Assembly (NCBI GenBank): GCA_965153285.1
Contig: OZ229113.1
Strand: one strand, 5' to 3'
Length of the DNA: 64,000 bases
Origin: Podarcis tiliguerta
Lineage: Eukaryota
Position 1 is the first letter of the stretch, and every line of letters starts with the position of its first letter. The notes beneath the pieces were generated by a model that was given only the letters and a program-made list of their open reading frames with translations, was not told the origin of the DNA and did no database searches. Position numbers and translations under genes: made by a program. Below are positions 1 through 14,693 of this stretch, one piece after another.

Positions 1-114
1 TTAACTATAGAAATAAACACTTTCTCAATTCTCTTCTCACTCCTTTATGTTTTACTATCTTGTTGGTTGTTACTTATCTTTGAACTGTTTTGTGATTAAT
101 TTGTCTTTTAACAG

Positions 115-256
115 ATTTATAACTTTAGGCTATAAGAAACCATTGGAAAGGGAAGACCTGTCTGAGCTCATTGAAAGTGTTTCATCCTACATTGTGTGTC
201 CAGAGTTTGAAAAGCATTGGAGAAAGGAAGTATTTAAGAAATCCAAGGACATAAAG
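115..256 (+). CDS. ABCC13: ABCC13 exon (L0/lasso linker: FITLGYKKPLEREDL)
   Basis: acag| acceptor, |gtaatt donor; MRP-family GYKKPLExxDL motif. Confidence 0.9.
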
Positions 257-882
257 GTAATTCTGATGGCAATAAAAAAGATGTCCCTGAAAGAAGCCAT
301 GGGCTTCCAGAGGCAAGATTTATAACCTGGCCTTGAAGAACTGGAATGACTTTTCATCTCTTAAAGAACTCCTGTGTCACACATGCATAAGCTGCTGCTG
401 TTGCTTCTCCTTTCACCTGTTTTCTCCACCCAGTCTGTCTCTTTAGATTGCAATACCTGTGTGATGCTTGCTTGCTCAAGATGTTTCCCTGGAATGAACA
501 CCTGATCGCCTCAATAGATACATGATTTAATGCCTTAGATGAGTAATCCCTTAGGTGAATCACACAATTTATACCCTCCATGTACAGTGAGAACTGACCA
601 TCTGAAGGAAGATGATGCCTCTTAGAGTTTATGCATGTTGCTCTAGGCAACTACTGGAAATCTGGTAACAACCGATTTAAACATGTTGCTAGGAATGAAC
701 ATTGATGTTCCTTTGGAAGCTTGATGCTCGCCACCGCACATACAAATTGTGTCGCAGCAAACATGTATGCGGAGCCACTTTTAAAATGTTACTGTACATT
801 TATTGGTTTTAGAAGGGTTTTCTTTTGTTGTAGGCAAACAGCATTTCCATATTTTCAGATCTCATATCTATTTAATCCACAG

Positions 883-1037
883 GCTCCTGCTTATGAAGAT
901 GTGACAAAAAAGCCAATTTCCCAAAAGCCATCTCTCCTTTCACCACTATGGCAAACATTTAAATTTTTATTGATCAAGGTGGCTATTCTGAAAGTTGCAA
1001 CTGATTTTTTAGCTTTCCTGAGCCCACAGATTATGAA
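883..1037 (+). CDS. ABCC13: ABCC13 exon (end of L0, TM6: LKVATDFLAFLSPQIMK)
   Basis: ccacag| acceptor (alternative in-frame AG at 858), |gtaagt donor, phase 0-2. Confidence 0.88.
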
Positions 1038-2854
1038 GTAAGTTTGCAAATATGCCTTAATATCAAGCTGGCAGATCCAGGTGCCTTGGGCTTTTCCAGA
1101 TCTTCCTGTTGAGTGGTTGAAATTTCTTGCAAAAATCTCACAAATGTTGAGATATAAATTAATACAAATTATATGTAATATTAATTAGCTAGAAACCAGC
1201 TATTGGCTTGAAGGAGGACTACTCTTCCTAGTAATTGGCCTGGAAAATCTGGACCATTGACAGTAAAATCTGACCTCCTCCGGCTGTTTAATTACATACA
1301 TTTGTCATACCGCTTTGTTTCCTTTTAAATAATATGCTTTTTAAAATCTCAAGTATTATTTGGCTTGAAGGAGATGATTTACCAATTGTGCTTCTTGCAT
1401 GTTGATACATTTTCAACTTGAATGAAATGCAAGCAGAATTTGCATAGTTTCTTGAAATCAGAGATATGTAGTCTGCGTTTAAGACATTGGATTAACCTGA
1501 TGTTATCAGTTTGGGTACCGCTGCCATCACATGCATATGTCTGTCAGATAATGTTTGTGGGTTAATTGTTAGCAGCTTACAGGTGGTTAACTGTGGGCTG
1601 TATCCAGTGGTTGGTTTGTGCTAGCAATGAGGTTCTACTGTTTATGCAAGGTGGAGCACCTGGCTCTCACTTACTTCCCTCACTGCATCTTTCTATATCA
1701 TATATGATAATGTTCCAGAGCATCCTTCGGTAATCAAGAGCAGATCAGTAGATAGGGAGGGTTGTTGACATCAGGTGTCTTTCCTTGTGACAGCAGAAGT
1801 GCTTTATGCTAACACAAAGGACTCCAAGGCTACTTGAAGTGGCATACAGTGCCGGTAAGAGCTATATGCCCCACTACTACTATAGTTGCAACCTGATTTA
1901 AAAAATAATTGTTATTGATTAAGGAACTTTGTTAAATTAGCATATGGATAACAATATTTCTGGCACATAAATAATAATTCATTTTTTAGATGACTACATG
2001 TAGTTCAACTGCCATCAGCTTAGGAAAATCTACTTCCTTCTGCAGTTAAAGGAGGAATACCTCTTTTAGGATGGTGGGTGCCATTTTCAGTTTTTAAAAG
2101 GACTTGTATTTAAAAAATATGCTGCCCATTTCATCATTGACGCCTATTTATTGATTAAAGGCTTTCAGTTAATTTAACTTTGCAGCCCACTTATCACAGT
2201 TTACTCTGCTATTAGTGCTGCTCAGTTTAGGAATTATCCTGCCCCTGTCAGTGACATATGGAGACTGGGCAACCTGTGCAAATGCATCAGAGGCCAAGTA
2301 GTTTCTGGAATCTGCTGCCCGATTGTTGCAGTGAGAGGCATATTTCTATGCTTTCGACATGATGGTTCCCTCTGCCTCCATATTCAAAAGGCCACACTCA
2401 TCCGCTGTATATGCTAAGCATTCTTGGAGCACATGGCATTTCCTACACTTAGGATGCAGCCTTTGAAGGGGTTCTGTGTTCAGGGTGGGATGCTGCAGAT
2501 CATATGGATTGTGTCCCAGGAGCTGAGAGGATATTGGCTGAGAGGATGGTGGCCACCCTTCAGCCAGCTTACCCATTGCCTTCATCTGCTCCCAGTCACA
2601 GGGGATGGCCTGGCACAGTGAAGCCCACCCGGGCATGACATCCAGCTGGTCAGGACCTGGGTGAAACTCGGCATCTTTGTTCAGTGTCCTCCACATTCTA
2701 GGAACAAGATAAACATCACCCAGGTGTTCCTGGTTTTTCAACTAAGTGGATCTAATGAAAGCTGGAACTTATTCACTGTGTTATATGAATAGGAATAGGG
2801 TCATAATTTGCTTTAAGAATAAAGTAAAATAAACTTTGCTGTTTTGCATTGCAG

Positions 2855-3032
2855 GGAAATGATTCTGTTGTGTGAGCATTCCTCTGCTCCACTCTGGAAT
2901 GGCTATGGGTATGCAGTGGCTCTTCTGCTTGTGGTTGTTATGCAGACACTAATCCAACAGGCCTACCAGCGCCTTAACTTGCTTACTGTTGGGAAAATTC
3001 GAACTGCCGTCACTGGCCTTGTATACAAAAAG
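2855..3032 (+). CDS. ABCC13: ABCC13 exon (TM7: WNGYGYAVALLL...VYKK)
   Basis: tgcag| and |gtaatc; phase 2-0. Confidence 0.92.
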
Positions 3033-4427
3033 GTAATCTCTCCTGTCTGTCCATATTGGGGGCGGGGACAATGATGCCTGCAGAAGGGAAATCCCCACTG
3101 CCACTTCCACATTTCATTCCTCCCAATCCTTGGGATGTGGGCAGGGGGCCGTAGTAGTAGGCTGTTATCAGGGGGAAATTGCATAGAGGCAGCCTGCACA
3201 AGTGAATCTAGCTTGTTCAAGCTGCCTTCCCAATTCCCCCTGCCCTGCATTTGGCGTCTTCCGTTCAGGTTCCAGGGTCCTCAGGACAGACCTTTCCAAG
3301 GGGGCACTTAGATCTGCCTCGGGGAACAGAAGGTGAGGAATTTCCTTTCCTTATGTCTCCTCCATGAGTTCTTTCAGAACTGAGTGGCAGATGCTCTGGT
3401 TAAAAACCCAAGTCCACACATTTTCAAAAGGTGTTCAATCTGGTATTTTCAGCTTTTGGGAGTGGGTAGGAGACAATGAGGACTGGAAGGTGAACAGGCT
3501 TTTTGAGCTGTTCTACTGATTTATAGAAAGTTCAGATACTGACATAAAGTAAATTATTGCAAAGTGGATAATATAAATCAGAGGTGGGGAACCTTTGGCA
3601 CATGGGGCAGTCTTGACCTGCCAGGGCTTCCAGTTTGGCCTTCCAGGCTGTTATTCTAAAACCATGTCCACTTGTCAACCAGGTGATGTTAACCATTGGG
3701 TGGGGCTTCAGTCCTGTTTGGTTCAGCTGCACACACTATTTCCCCAGATGAAGTTGATCCCTGCAGAAAACAAAACTGAGCGCTGACCCATCCGTTGATG
3801 CATGGGGAATTCCATCCTGCTTGGTTAGGGTGTGCTGGCTACTTCCCAAAGGGAAGCGACTGATACACCCATACCCTGTAGAAAGTAAGCTTGAACTTCC
3901 CACACATTAGCTGATGTGTGGGGCGTTCAGTTCTGCTTTGTCGCTATCTCCCTTCGCTCCTATGGGTCAGCTTTGGCAAGTGGGTGGGACTATGCATATG
4001 TCAATCATCTGTCATCATTATGATGTCAAGTGATTGAGAAATCGGTGGTTCCATCCACCTGTCAGAGCTGGCCCATGGGAGTTGAGGGGAGATAAAGATC
4101 TGCCCCCTGGTCAAAAAGGTTTTGTCACCCCCTGATCTGCTAGTGGAAACAAGAAATTCTAGCAAATATTTCAAAGGTTCTAGTCTTGTTCCAATGTGCA
4201 CATGGAACTTCCTTGTATATAAGTTTCATCATTCATTTTAATAGTGAATGCAAAGTTCTACTGGGCTGGATTGATGGAGGCATACTTAAGTTTTAAAAGC
4301 ATTCCCATAAATCCATCCAGATAATTTAAAGTGGCCATCTTTTATGGTTTTGTATCACAATGGTAGGACTATTACAAAATGTGTTTCCAGAATATTCATT
4401 ATACCATCTGTCTTTCCTTGGCTGCAG

Positions 4428-4682
4428 GCTTTAAATTTATCTAGCTCTTCAAGAAAGAAGTATACAACTGGGGAAACTGTCAACTTGATGACATCAGATA
4501 TCCAGCAACTCACGGAACTGGCAGTCAACCTCAACCTCTTATGGTCAGCCCCCTTTCAGATCCTCCTGGCCATTACCTTCCTTTGGCAAGAACTGGGCCC
4601 CTCGGTGCTAGCGGGTGTTAGTGTGCTGCTTTTGGTGTTACCAGCCAATGCTTTTTTTGCTGCCAAAGTCAAGCAGCTGCAG
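4428..4682 (+). CDS. ABCC13: ABCC13 exon (TM8-9: YTTGETVNLM...WSAPFQI...WQELGPSVLAG)
   Basis: 255 nt, phase 0-0, MRP2-like sequence. Confidence 0.95.
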
Positions 4683-5631
4683 GTAAGGAATTTCAGTTGG
4701 ACGTACCATAGAAAGTTGTTGCATTATAGGGAGATGATCATTTTAATTTGAATGGGTTGCATCATGAGTTAGGTAAGTAAGTAGAAACACTGAGGCTTTC
4801 CCAGCCCCTGATCCCATTGTTGTCCCTTCATGCCCACCCAAGAGCAGCATTAACTTCAGGGCATGATGGCACTCGACAGTGAGCAGGAGGTCTCCCACAG
4901 GCAACAGGTCTGGCACATTGCATGTTGAAGCTAAGTGTGAAGCTACCTGAGGAAAGGTTGGGTTTCTAAGAGAGGTTGGGGTGTTTTATGTGTAGCGTAA
5001 GACAGTAGTCATCCTAGAAATAATTTATCTGTCCAGTGACAGCTTTGAAGTATGAAGCTGGAAAAGATCTTAAATATCTCAGTAAGGAGTGTCTGTTTGA
5101 AGCAAAGTGCAGTGCCTTTCAAAAGTAGCAACTAAGCTATCTTTGAGTGCAAACACATAAAGTTCTAGTTGTGCTCCAAAGGTGCCTTATCCTTACTTAG
5201 ATCCTCTGGGTTCCCCTTCATCTAATTATAATAACTTACTGCTGTTAAGCATAAACCCTACCACAAACACTTAATTGAAGACCTCTATTATGGGAATAAA
5301 GGGAAAGATTTATCTCATAATTCATCTAGCACATTACCCAGCACCCATCTTAAGTGAGGGTGTCTGTCACACAGGTCAGTGTCCCAATTGCTAAATGTGA
5401 TTTATTGAATCTATCTTTATAATGCTTATTTTTAAAAAATAAAATAAACAAAGAAGTCCAGTCATCTACCAGTGTAAGTAAATACTACAGTTATTCTGCC
5501 TGAAACATTATTGATTTGCATTCTCATTGGCTGTATTAGTTGTGGGATATTAAACATATATGTGCTATGCAGCATAAAAAAAGGAACCTTTAATCCTATA
5601 ACCTTTCTTAATAAACTTTATTGTTTTTCAG

Positions 5632-5697
5632 AAAAGTCAAATGAAGAGTAAGGATCAGCAAATTAAACTCCTAAGTGAAATCTTGCATGGAATAAAG
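5632..5697 (+). CDS. ABCC13: ABCC13 exon (KSQMKSKDQQIKLLSEILHGIK)
   Basis: tttcag| and |gtaaga; 66 nt. Confidence 0.92.
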
Positions 5698-6535
5698 GTA
5701 AGACAGATAATGAATCTGTATACTTGTTTAGTCTGATTATGGAGGACAATATATATGTCTCAATTCATAACCACATGTAGATTATTTTGAGCTAATTTGA
5801 TAATAGATTATGCACTTTGCCATTTCTGAACAATTATTGTTATTATGATTCATTCCTTTTTTCACTATCAAAAATGTGAATTTTTTCAGGAAGAGTGCAC
5901 TATATTTCTTTCAAGATGACTCTCATATCATTCATTCAGAGTCTGGACTGGGCAAGCTACTGCCATATAGTGTGCTGCATCACAACCAGGAAATTTCAAT
6001 GCCCTAATTGATAAGAATAAGCCTAATTGCATGCAACTGAAACAGCCACATATTACCTGTTTAGCCCTGCCTCCCTTCCCCTTCCTTTCCTCTGCTTTTT
6101 CTCTTGTGTCACGTCTTAGATTGCAAGCTCCTCAGGGCAGCAACTTGTCCTCTTGTATGCCATAAAGTGTCACACACACTGATGGCACTAGAGAAAAAAC
6201 TAATTGCCTCAAGCAGAGGTCCTTCCATTCGCCATATAGAATGTCCCTACCTGAAAAAGAATGGACTACCTGATCACTTTGTGTCTCTTAGGGAAGAGTC
6301 TCTGTTTGAGGTAAATGTCAAACTGTGATGGTGTCCTCTGACATAGAATGGAAAAGTTGTCTTCATGGGTTTTATGAGGAACTTCTACACAGCCTACTTT
6401 TCACATCAACATGAGGGGTGTGTGTGCATGTTTTGCACTTTAAATGTACTATAATAATACACATTGGAGCATAAATTTGTATTTCACAATATTGCTAACT
6501 GGTGCCAGTGTTTCAAAATGTACATCTCTGTTTAG

Positions 6536-6673
6536 ATTCTCAAGCTATACGCATGGGAGCCATCATATCAGAAAAAGATTGTGGACATTCGGGAACGTGA
6601 AATCGATGTTTTGAAATCCTCTGGTTACCTGACAACATTCTCCATGTTGACGTTGACTTGTATCCCTTTCCTG
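6536..6673 (+). CDS. ABCC13: ABCC13 exon (ILKLYAWEPSY...TCIPFL)
   Basis: ABCC KLYAWE motif; tttag| and |gtgtgt. Confidence 0.93.
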
Positions 6674-7516
6674 GTGTGTTTTAATGAAATAGCACTCATT
6701 TATACAGTTGGGTAATTATATATCCTACATCTTGCTGGGTGCAAGACAACCCTGCTGATAAAGAACCATTTTGCCACTAAAGAATATGTGGTACATATCC
6801 AAGATTTATCACATGCTGGTTCAAAAACCACCAGTGTATGAAGTAATCTTTCTGTATTGGGCACCAAATAGAGCAATTTATTAAAATAAATTTCCTGATT
6901 ACAAAGTAGGGTTTTGTTTTTGTGCTTAGATTTTAATTTGATGTAACAAGAAAGTAAAGAGTTTGGGGAAATTCTGAAGAAACCATGGTGGAAGCAAAAT
7001 AAAATTTTAAGGAAAGTCTGGGAAATTATATGAATGGAAGAACAATTTAGGGTCCGACCCAATGGGTCTAGTTTAAGCTTAGTTTGGAATATAATGCTAG
7101 TTATTAGTTAAGACTTGGTGCATTTATGCTGCTATAACTTTGCAGTTCATTTTGAATGTATAAGTTCCATTTTATGATTGCAGCCTAATGCTGTTTTGAC
7201 TTTAGCTGTAGGACAAATCGATACTATCTGCATAGCAAATAGTCCAAACTGTGCATTACTTATATGCTTGCTTTCTCTATGAATATGAAGGTCTTCAACT
7301 TTCAGTTGGAAGTAAGCTAAACTAAGTGAAACGGCACTTAAGAGAGCTTGGTTTTTGCTAGTGGTTTCTGCCAAGGAAACATATGTTGAATTATTGAGTT
7401 GTTTCCTGTCAGTCATGCTGTTTATAAACAACAAACTAAAGCCCTGTTCAGTCAGTACTACTGAAAATTGAGCTCTTAACCTATGGGGGGAACCCCATTA
7501 CTTCTTTCTCTTAAAG

Positions 7517-7663
7517 GTCTCTTTGACTACATTTGGAGTCTATTTTCTGTTGGATGAAGAAAATGTTTTAACCGCTGCTAAAGTGTTTACTTCTATCTCT
7601 TTGTTTAATATTTTACGACTGCCTTTGTTCGATTTGCCTACAGCGATTTCTGGAATAGCTCAG
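7517..7663 (+). CDS. ABCC13: ABCC13 exon (TM10-11: VFTSISLFNILRLPL)
   Basis: taaag| and |gtaaat; 147 nt. Confidence 0.93.
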
Positions 7664-8315
7664 GTAAATATACTGTTTGAGCATATGTTATAAAGGATAT
7701 TTGTGGTACTTAAATAACATTTAATAATGTGCACGTTTTTCATCTTTTATTTAACATTTAAAATGTATTGGTTTATGCTGCTAGATAAAATTATAAGGGA
7801 CTTTGCTAAAGTGATGTGCATACTTCCCTTTTCAAAGTTTTTTTTTTTGGGGGGGGGAGTTTGATGAATCTCTTAGCACATCTTGAAAGTTGGGGCCAGA
7901 CCTGTTTGTTTTAACAATTGCATATAGTGCAGGAAGGGAACAACCCTGGATTTTAGAAAGAAATTGATGCATGAGTGTGGAAAGCCAAACTCATATGGGA
8001 TCCACCACTTACTTCCCTGTTGCTATTCTCCCTATACAGGTGCATCTGCCCTCAGTTCAGTTGCCATAGGAAATAAGCATCAAGGGTGAGGCAGAGGTAC
8101 AGATTGCCTAAAAATTGAATCACAAACGGAAGGGGCAAGAATGCCCCCTCCCCCGCTTGTTGTTCTTTTTGCTCTAAACATTGTACAAACATACTTTATA
8201 AATAGTTTGGGGTAGGTTTGAATTTTAAACAAATGACTTCCACTATTAGAATAATTTTGGCTTTAAGATCTCAATTTCCTGAAAACTAGCCATTACAGCC
8301 AACTATCTTGTAAGG

Positions 8316-8680
8316 CTCGGTCCAGTATACCCGAAGGAGCGTCTCCACCTTCATCGTTCTGCCCAGACACTGAGGTCCAGCGCCGAGGGCCTTCTGGCGG
8401 TTCCCTCGCTGCAAGAAGCCAAGTTACAGGGAACCAGGCAGAGGGCCTTCTCGGTAGTGGCACCTGCCCTGTGGAACGCCCTCCCACCAGATGTCAAAGA
8501 GAAAAATAACTACCAAACTTTTAGAAGACATCTAAAGGCAGCCCTGTTTAGGGAAGCTATTAATGTTTAATAGGTTATTGTATTTTAGTGTTTCTTGGAA
8601 GCTGCCCAGAGTGGCTGGGGAAACCCAGCCAGATGGGCGGGGTATAAATAAATTATTATTATTGTTGTTGTTGTTGTTGT
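8316..8680 (+). mobile_element. L2-clade LINE 3' fragment with (TTA/TTG)n tail
   Basis: encodes remnant RAFSVVAPALWNALP; 3' UTR and microsatellite tail; same family as 34225-34531. Confidence 0.8.
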
Positions 8681-9506
8681 TATAAGAGCTTAAGCATGAG
8701 AGTTCAGTGATAAAGAGTGTGACACCCTGACTCATAGGGTTGCCATATGTACTCCTTTTCCAGGACATGTCCTCTTTTTCATGGGTAGAGTCATCATTGA
8801 AATCCATACTTAAAAATAGAATTTGGTAAATGTGTCCTCTTTTTTTGCTCTTCAAAATATGGCATCCCAAATTAGGCTGGCCCCTTCAGTAACGCTTTTT
8901 ATCTGAGCAGTAAAGGCTTTCTAACGTTTAGACATCTTTTGATTCCTACCTGTTTCTGAATTTGTTTTATTGCCTTGTTTTAATGCTCTTTTTATCATTT
9001 AACTGTTGTAAGTCACTTTGAGAGCCCAAAGGCGATGTATAAAGGATGTTGCAAATGGGGTCCCTTCTGTGATCATGATGCTTTACCTTTCATTGCCAGC
9101 AGTGCTGCAAGCTACCTTCAGCAATGAATTACTAAATCAAAATCAGAGCGAAAACAGATGAATACTTAATGCAGCCTTCCTTAGTCTGGTGTTCTGTAGG
9201 CGCTTTGGGCTAGAACTCCTCTCAGCCCCATCTAGTCCACCCAGAAGGCACTATAGGATTGCTGTCTTATTGTAAGGAAGTAGAGTGTACTCTGTTTACT
9301 AGACCCTATAGAAAACTAGCACCCCACGTGGCTAAAGAAAAGCATATGGGACACTTTTGCAAAGAAACAGTGTGTTTTCAGCCTCAGGCTAACTGTAAGC
9401 AGTGCAGTGTTATTTTGCTTTTGGAAATAGCAAAAAATCTCTGCATGGGTTTGTAATGTCCGTTTTGTAAAATCTAAATTGACTAAGCGTGTACCTGTTT
9501 TTTCAG

Positions 9507-9591
9507 GCAAAGGTTTCTATAGTTCGTTTAGATGATTTTCTGTCTTCTGAAGACCTCAACCCTCAAAACATCCACACAGATTACAGTGGGG
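9507..9591 (+). CDS. ABCC13: ABCC13 exon (AKVSIVRLDDFLSSEDL)
   Basis: tttcag| and |gtaagc; phase 0-1. Confidence 0.92.
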
Positions 9592-9692
9592 GTAAGCATT
9601 TCATCTGTTTCCAGTATATGACTGATGCTTGAGAACTTGGGCTGAAAAGTCTGTGTCTGTTAACTTGAGTTGTTTTGTTTCTGAACTTCAAG

Positions 9693-9759
9693 ATCATGCA
9701 TTCAGATTTGTTAACGCCTCTTTCCGCTGGGAGAAGATTGGAGCTCCAACCTTAAATAA
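9693..9759 (+). CDS. ABCC13: ABCC13 exon (start of NBD1: HAFRFVNASFRWEK)
   Basis: tcaag| and |gtaaga; phase 1-2; A-loop Trp. Confidence 0.88.
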
Positions 9760-10144
9760 GTAAGAAACAAATTATATTTACAGTCTAATGCAAAAATCTG
9801 TAATCATGTGCTAAGGTCAATGTCCTGAATACTGGGGATGAGTGATCAAATGAAAAGGAGAACTCATACATCCTATAGTGAGGGGGAACTGAGGGGAAAA
9901 ACCTTATTGGGAAGGGAAGGAATCTCTGAAAGGGCAAATAGTTGGAAGATCAGATTTGCAGGCAACATTAGTACAGGTAGCTCTGCATTTTTCATATGCA
10001 CTACATCTGACAGCAGCTATGAGAATGGTCCTGGCATCCTCTTCTGCCTAAAGCAAATAATCATGTGTTGCACAAACAGGATATCGAGGATATAAGAGCT
10101 GTGCCTTAATTTGGAGTCTGCTGGTTATTAAACAAGGTGAAAGC

Positions 10145-10440
10145 TCAGTTCCTATATAAGGTCATCTAATTCAAACTCCAGTTGATTCAGACAACTCACT
10201 AGTAAAGTATCTCTCATCTAACCTCTGATTAAATACCTCTACTGAAGAAGAAGAGTCCACCACCATTTGAGGCAGTCTGCTCCACTATCAAACAGCTCAT
10301 ACTGTCAGGAGGTTCTTAAATATTTACTTGAAATTCTTTTTCTTGTAATTCATTTGAGTCCCAACAAATTTACTCCATCATCTATGTGATAGCCCTTTAA
10401 AAATTGATATACAGCCATGATCCCTCATCCTTAAGTTTTC
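10145..10440 (-). mobile_element. Degraded CR1 LINE 3' fragment
   Basis: ggtcatcta..., gagtccaccacc...gaggcagtctg...actgtcaggaggttctt resembles CR1 antisense 3' end; boundaries approximate. Confidence 0.55.
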
Positions 10441-11002
10441 CCACATCACCAATAGTAGTTATGTGTGTGTATATATAATAGGTGTGTGCCTGTGTTGGAC
10501 ATCCACAACAAAATAAAGGAACTGCCACGATCTGTATGGATGGCATGTTAAAACATTAACTTGGGTAAAACATTTGCCAGGTTCACCAGAGACTTGCTGC
10601 TACAGAATGAATTTGTGCACTCTGTAGATGTGCCAAAAGCATTTGAAGATGTGGGTACCCACTCTCCATGGATACCCCCCTGCCCCATGTTTCACACATG
10701 AGCTAATAAAAGGGGCCATATGAAACAAACTTTAACTAGATGAGGATGGGAATGGTAAAATGTTGATGGCTGAGAGTGTAATTTGAGAGAAATGGATGGT
10801 GGCTTCTACCTATGATGTGTATAAAGCCTGTGGAAGGCCCTGGAGCAGAGACAACCCTTATTGTGACAGCACGCAGTGGTGACTGAAACACTAGGACCCT
10901 GCAGGAAGCTTTGCAACCCAGGTGACCCAAAAGTACAAGGAGGGCAGGATATAGCTTGCTATTGAGTGAGGAGTCTTATTCTTCAGAACAACCATTAAAT
11001 AA

Positions 11003-11164
<162 letters not shown>

Positions 11165-11420
11165 TGAGACTGTTTTGCCTTCAGATTATTTTCATTTTGA
11201 AAATGTTTATTGTTTGAAAGTGTATTTTTTTCTGTGTATTTGAGTCTTTGAAAAATTGCAGTATTTTTTTCATATTACCTTTTAACAGGGTTTTTTTTAA
11301 AAAAAGAGAAAAAACTCCTGTGGCTCTTCTTGAACTCTCAAGAATTCATTGTTTCTCTACATTGAAAAGGGTTTGAGCCAGTCCTATTGTAGGCTTATTC
11401 TATTAGTATAGCCTGAATAG

Positions 11421-11738
<318 letters not shown>

Positions 11739-12084
11739 TAAATTTAAAAGTACTAAGAAAGACAGTTGGGCTTCATTAGGGATCTGTGTGAGCCGTTTTC
11801 AAATTGTACTCTTTTGGTTGTGGTGATAGTTCATTGCTGAGATGAAACTGCTCCCTTAATAAAATCGGAAAAGCAGACTAAGAGTGTTTGGGGTAATATT
11901 GTGTACTTAACATAACACAGAAAATAGACTTTGCACTGACTTAGTGACACTATTACTCCATGTGGAGTGACTGGCATGTAGCAAGATGTTCAAGTTCACA
12001 TTGACAGACATGTCCCTGTGCAGTTCTTACATGAAGAACTGTCACTTAACGTTTACAGAACTCTGTAAAAGGTCTTCCTGCAGA

Positions 12085-12290
12085 ATGAGAACGGGATCCA
12101 TTCTGGAGCTCCGTTCGCATCTTGAGGCGAACACAACCCGCTTCCACGCATGCGCGTGATGTCATTTTGAGCGTCTGCGCATGTGCGAGTGGCAAAACCC
12201 AGAAGTAACGTGCTCCATTACTTCTGGGTCGCCGCGGAGCGCAACCCGAAAATGCTAAACCCGAAGCTACTTCAACCTGAGGTATGACTG
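12085..12290. mobile_element. Tc1/mariner-type MITE lacking its left TIR
   Basis: right end GAGGTATGACTG|TA identical to the end of the element at 41536-41764; related internal sequence. Confidence 0.7.
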
Positions 12291-12351
12291 TATGTTTACA
12301 AGAACACATCTATTGACAGAAATCCTTTGGCACTGCAGTGTGAATATGATT

Positions 12352-12478
12352 CAGGGGATCTGTGGCCTTTCAGATATTGTTGGACTACAACTCATCTTCC
12401 CTGGCCATTGACCATGCTGGCTGGGTTAATGGAAGTTGTGGTTCAACAGCATCTGGAGGGCCCCATGTTCTCCACCCA
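12352..12478. mobile_element. Degraded palindromic hAT-type MITE (GGACTACAACTC family)
   Basis: similar to 53869-54004. Confidence 0.6.
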
Positions 12479-12698
12479 ATATTAAACACACCAGCAGGTA
12501 AAAGAGTGAAACGTGGCCAAAGCACAGGTCATTTTCTAACTACTTTATAATCTTGTTTTTATACTCTACTGATAAGAGTATTTCTTTTTTAATATTATCA
12601 ATATTAATGTGTTATATTAAGGATTTTGGGGCTGGGGCGGGAAGTACATTATTGTTTTTTTAAAAGTTTTGAATAGTATTGGCCTTATTTTTTCCTAG

Positions 12699-12932
<234 letters not shown>

Positions 12933-12969
12933 TAAAATATAAACATGGTTGTGTTTTCTTTCTCCCAAG

Positions 12970-13156
12970 ACTCGTATTTTAGTGACGCACAACCTTGCAA
13001 TCCTCTCTCAGACCGATATAGTTGTCATGATGGAAGATGGTAGAATTACTGAAATGGGAAGTTACAAAGACCTACTCTCTCGAAGAGCAAACTTTGCTGA
13101 GCTTATTCAAACCTTTGGTGGAGGAAAGGAAGATGAAGAGATGCCCTCAGTGTCAA
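12970..13156 (+). CDS. ABCC13: ABCC13 exon (NBD1 H-loop TRILVTH, start of linker)
   Basis: ccaag| acceptor; donor |gtaggt at 13157 keeps frame with the 61-nt exon; second donor at 13161. Confidence 0.85.
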
Positions 13157-14632
13157 GTAGGTAACAAAACAGATTTGTACAAGCCAACTTGTGTGATTTT
13201 GTTTTGTGACATTTGAACCCTGTGCTCAAAATGATAAAAGCCAATGCATGTGTATTGTGCCTACCTCCTTTCAGACATACCTGTTATAACCCTGATTTCC
13301 ATAGATTTGGCTTATTGCCTCCATGACATGTAGGACTTCCCTAGTTTTGAACAGTAGCTGTGACACCTTATCTGCTATATATGTGCATGTAGAAATCAAT
13401 TACTTTTTGTCTCTCCTCCTCCCAAGGAGCTCAGGCAGAATATTGTGTCTCCCTGTGAGTTGGCTATAAACTTAAAAAGTAGATTAAACTGAGTGGGAGG
13501 CCAGGGACACCAGTTTCCTTCATGGTGAGTTGTAAGAGAACCCAGATCTCTTCATTCTAAGCTCAGTACTTTACCCATGACACCATACACTGTCATGAAA
13601 CTCACCATTTAGATATTATAGCAAATAGCATGTAAAGTGCAGTGGGATGGTACTCAAGTGTGATCTTTCTGCCCCATCATGCACTGAATGTTCAGTGCGT
13701 TTCTGCTCTGTGTGTGTGTTTAATAATTCCATCTTCTGCCACTTTGGGCTTCTTGAACCTTTAAGATTTCAAGATCTGCTAAAATCTGATGCATGGAAAA
13801 ACAAGATAATCCAGTTTATTTTAGCCAGAACTTCTTTCTGACTAGCCTAGATCATTCACAACTGACTGTATTTGTCTATAGGATTCACTCTCGAGAAATA
13901 ACAGTCCAACTATTCTTTGTGAATCCCTCCCATGTGATGAAGGAGAGGTGGGCCCCAACCCTGATCTTGTCAGAGGTTGTTGGCTCTGATGGGCCTTTTG
14001 ATGGAAGAGGAAAGAAAAAACTGAACAGATAATCACTTGTATAAACAAGTCATTTGTAACAGTCAAATTAATTCTTTTGCTTAAATTCAGCTAGCTTTAG
14101 ATGCTGGAATATCATATTATAATATTTCAGTACTTCTTTTGTGCCCAGTAGAATGGATGGCTGCATTCATTTTGTTGGGGCAGCAGGAGGGTGGGGATCA
14201 CTGACCAACTAATGAATGAACATAGAAATTAAGTTCACATCTTCTGTATATGTTTTGTATCAGCAGTTAAATGATCTGTTTCTATCCTGATGAATGTTCA
14301 TTTGACTACACTTTATTGTGTTGAATCCAAAAACGTTGCGTTTGCACAAAAACACAAGGTCTCTTTTTATGACTTTGCACAAGCTCCTTGCCTGAGCAGA
14401 GAGGAGAATTCAGAGATGTTCTGCTGTTTGTACAAGTCATTGCATAAACTGTTGTTTGATGTTGCACAAAGTGCCTTCTGCTAGATCTTGCACAACAGCT
14501 CATGGTGCTGTTCAGCTCACAGCACCATTGCCAGAATTTCTGGTGTCTCTGGATTCAACCCAATATATCGCAGGTATTTCAGTAGATAATTATTATTATT
14601 TATTATAAATCCTGTTTAACTTTATTCTTAAG

Positions 14633-14693
14633 GTAAAATCAAAACAAGAGACCACATTGTACCAAAGAAAAGACAGCTGGGGGAAAAAGACAG
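14633..14693 (+). CDS. ABCC13: ABCC13 linker exon (SKIKTRDHIVPKKRQLGEKDR)
   Basis: ttaag| and strong cag|gtgagt; phase 1-2 fits neighbours; little family-level conservation to check against. Confidence 0.7.
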
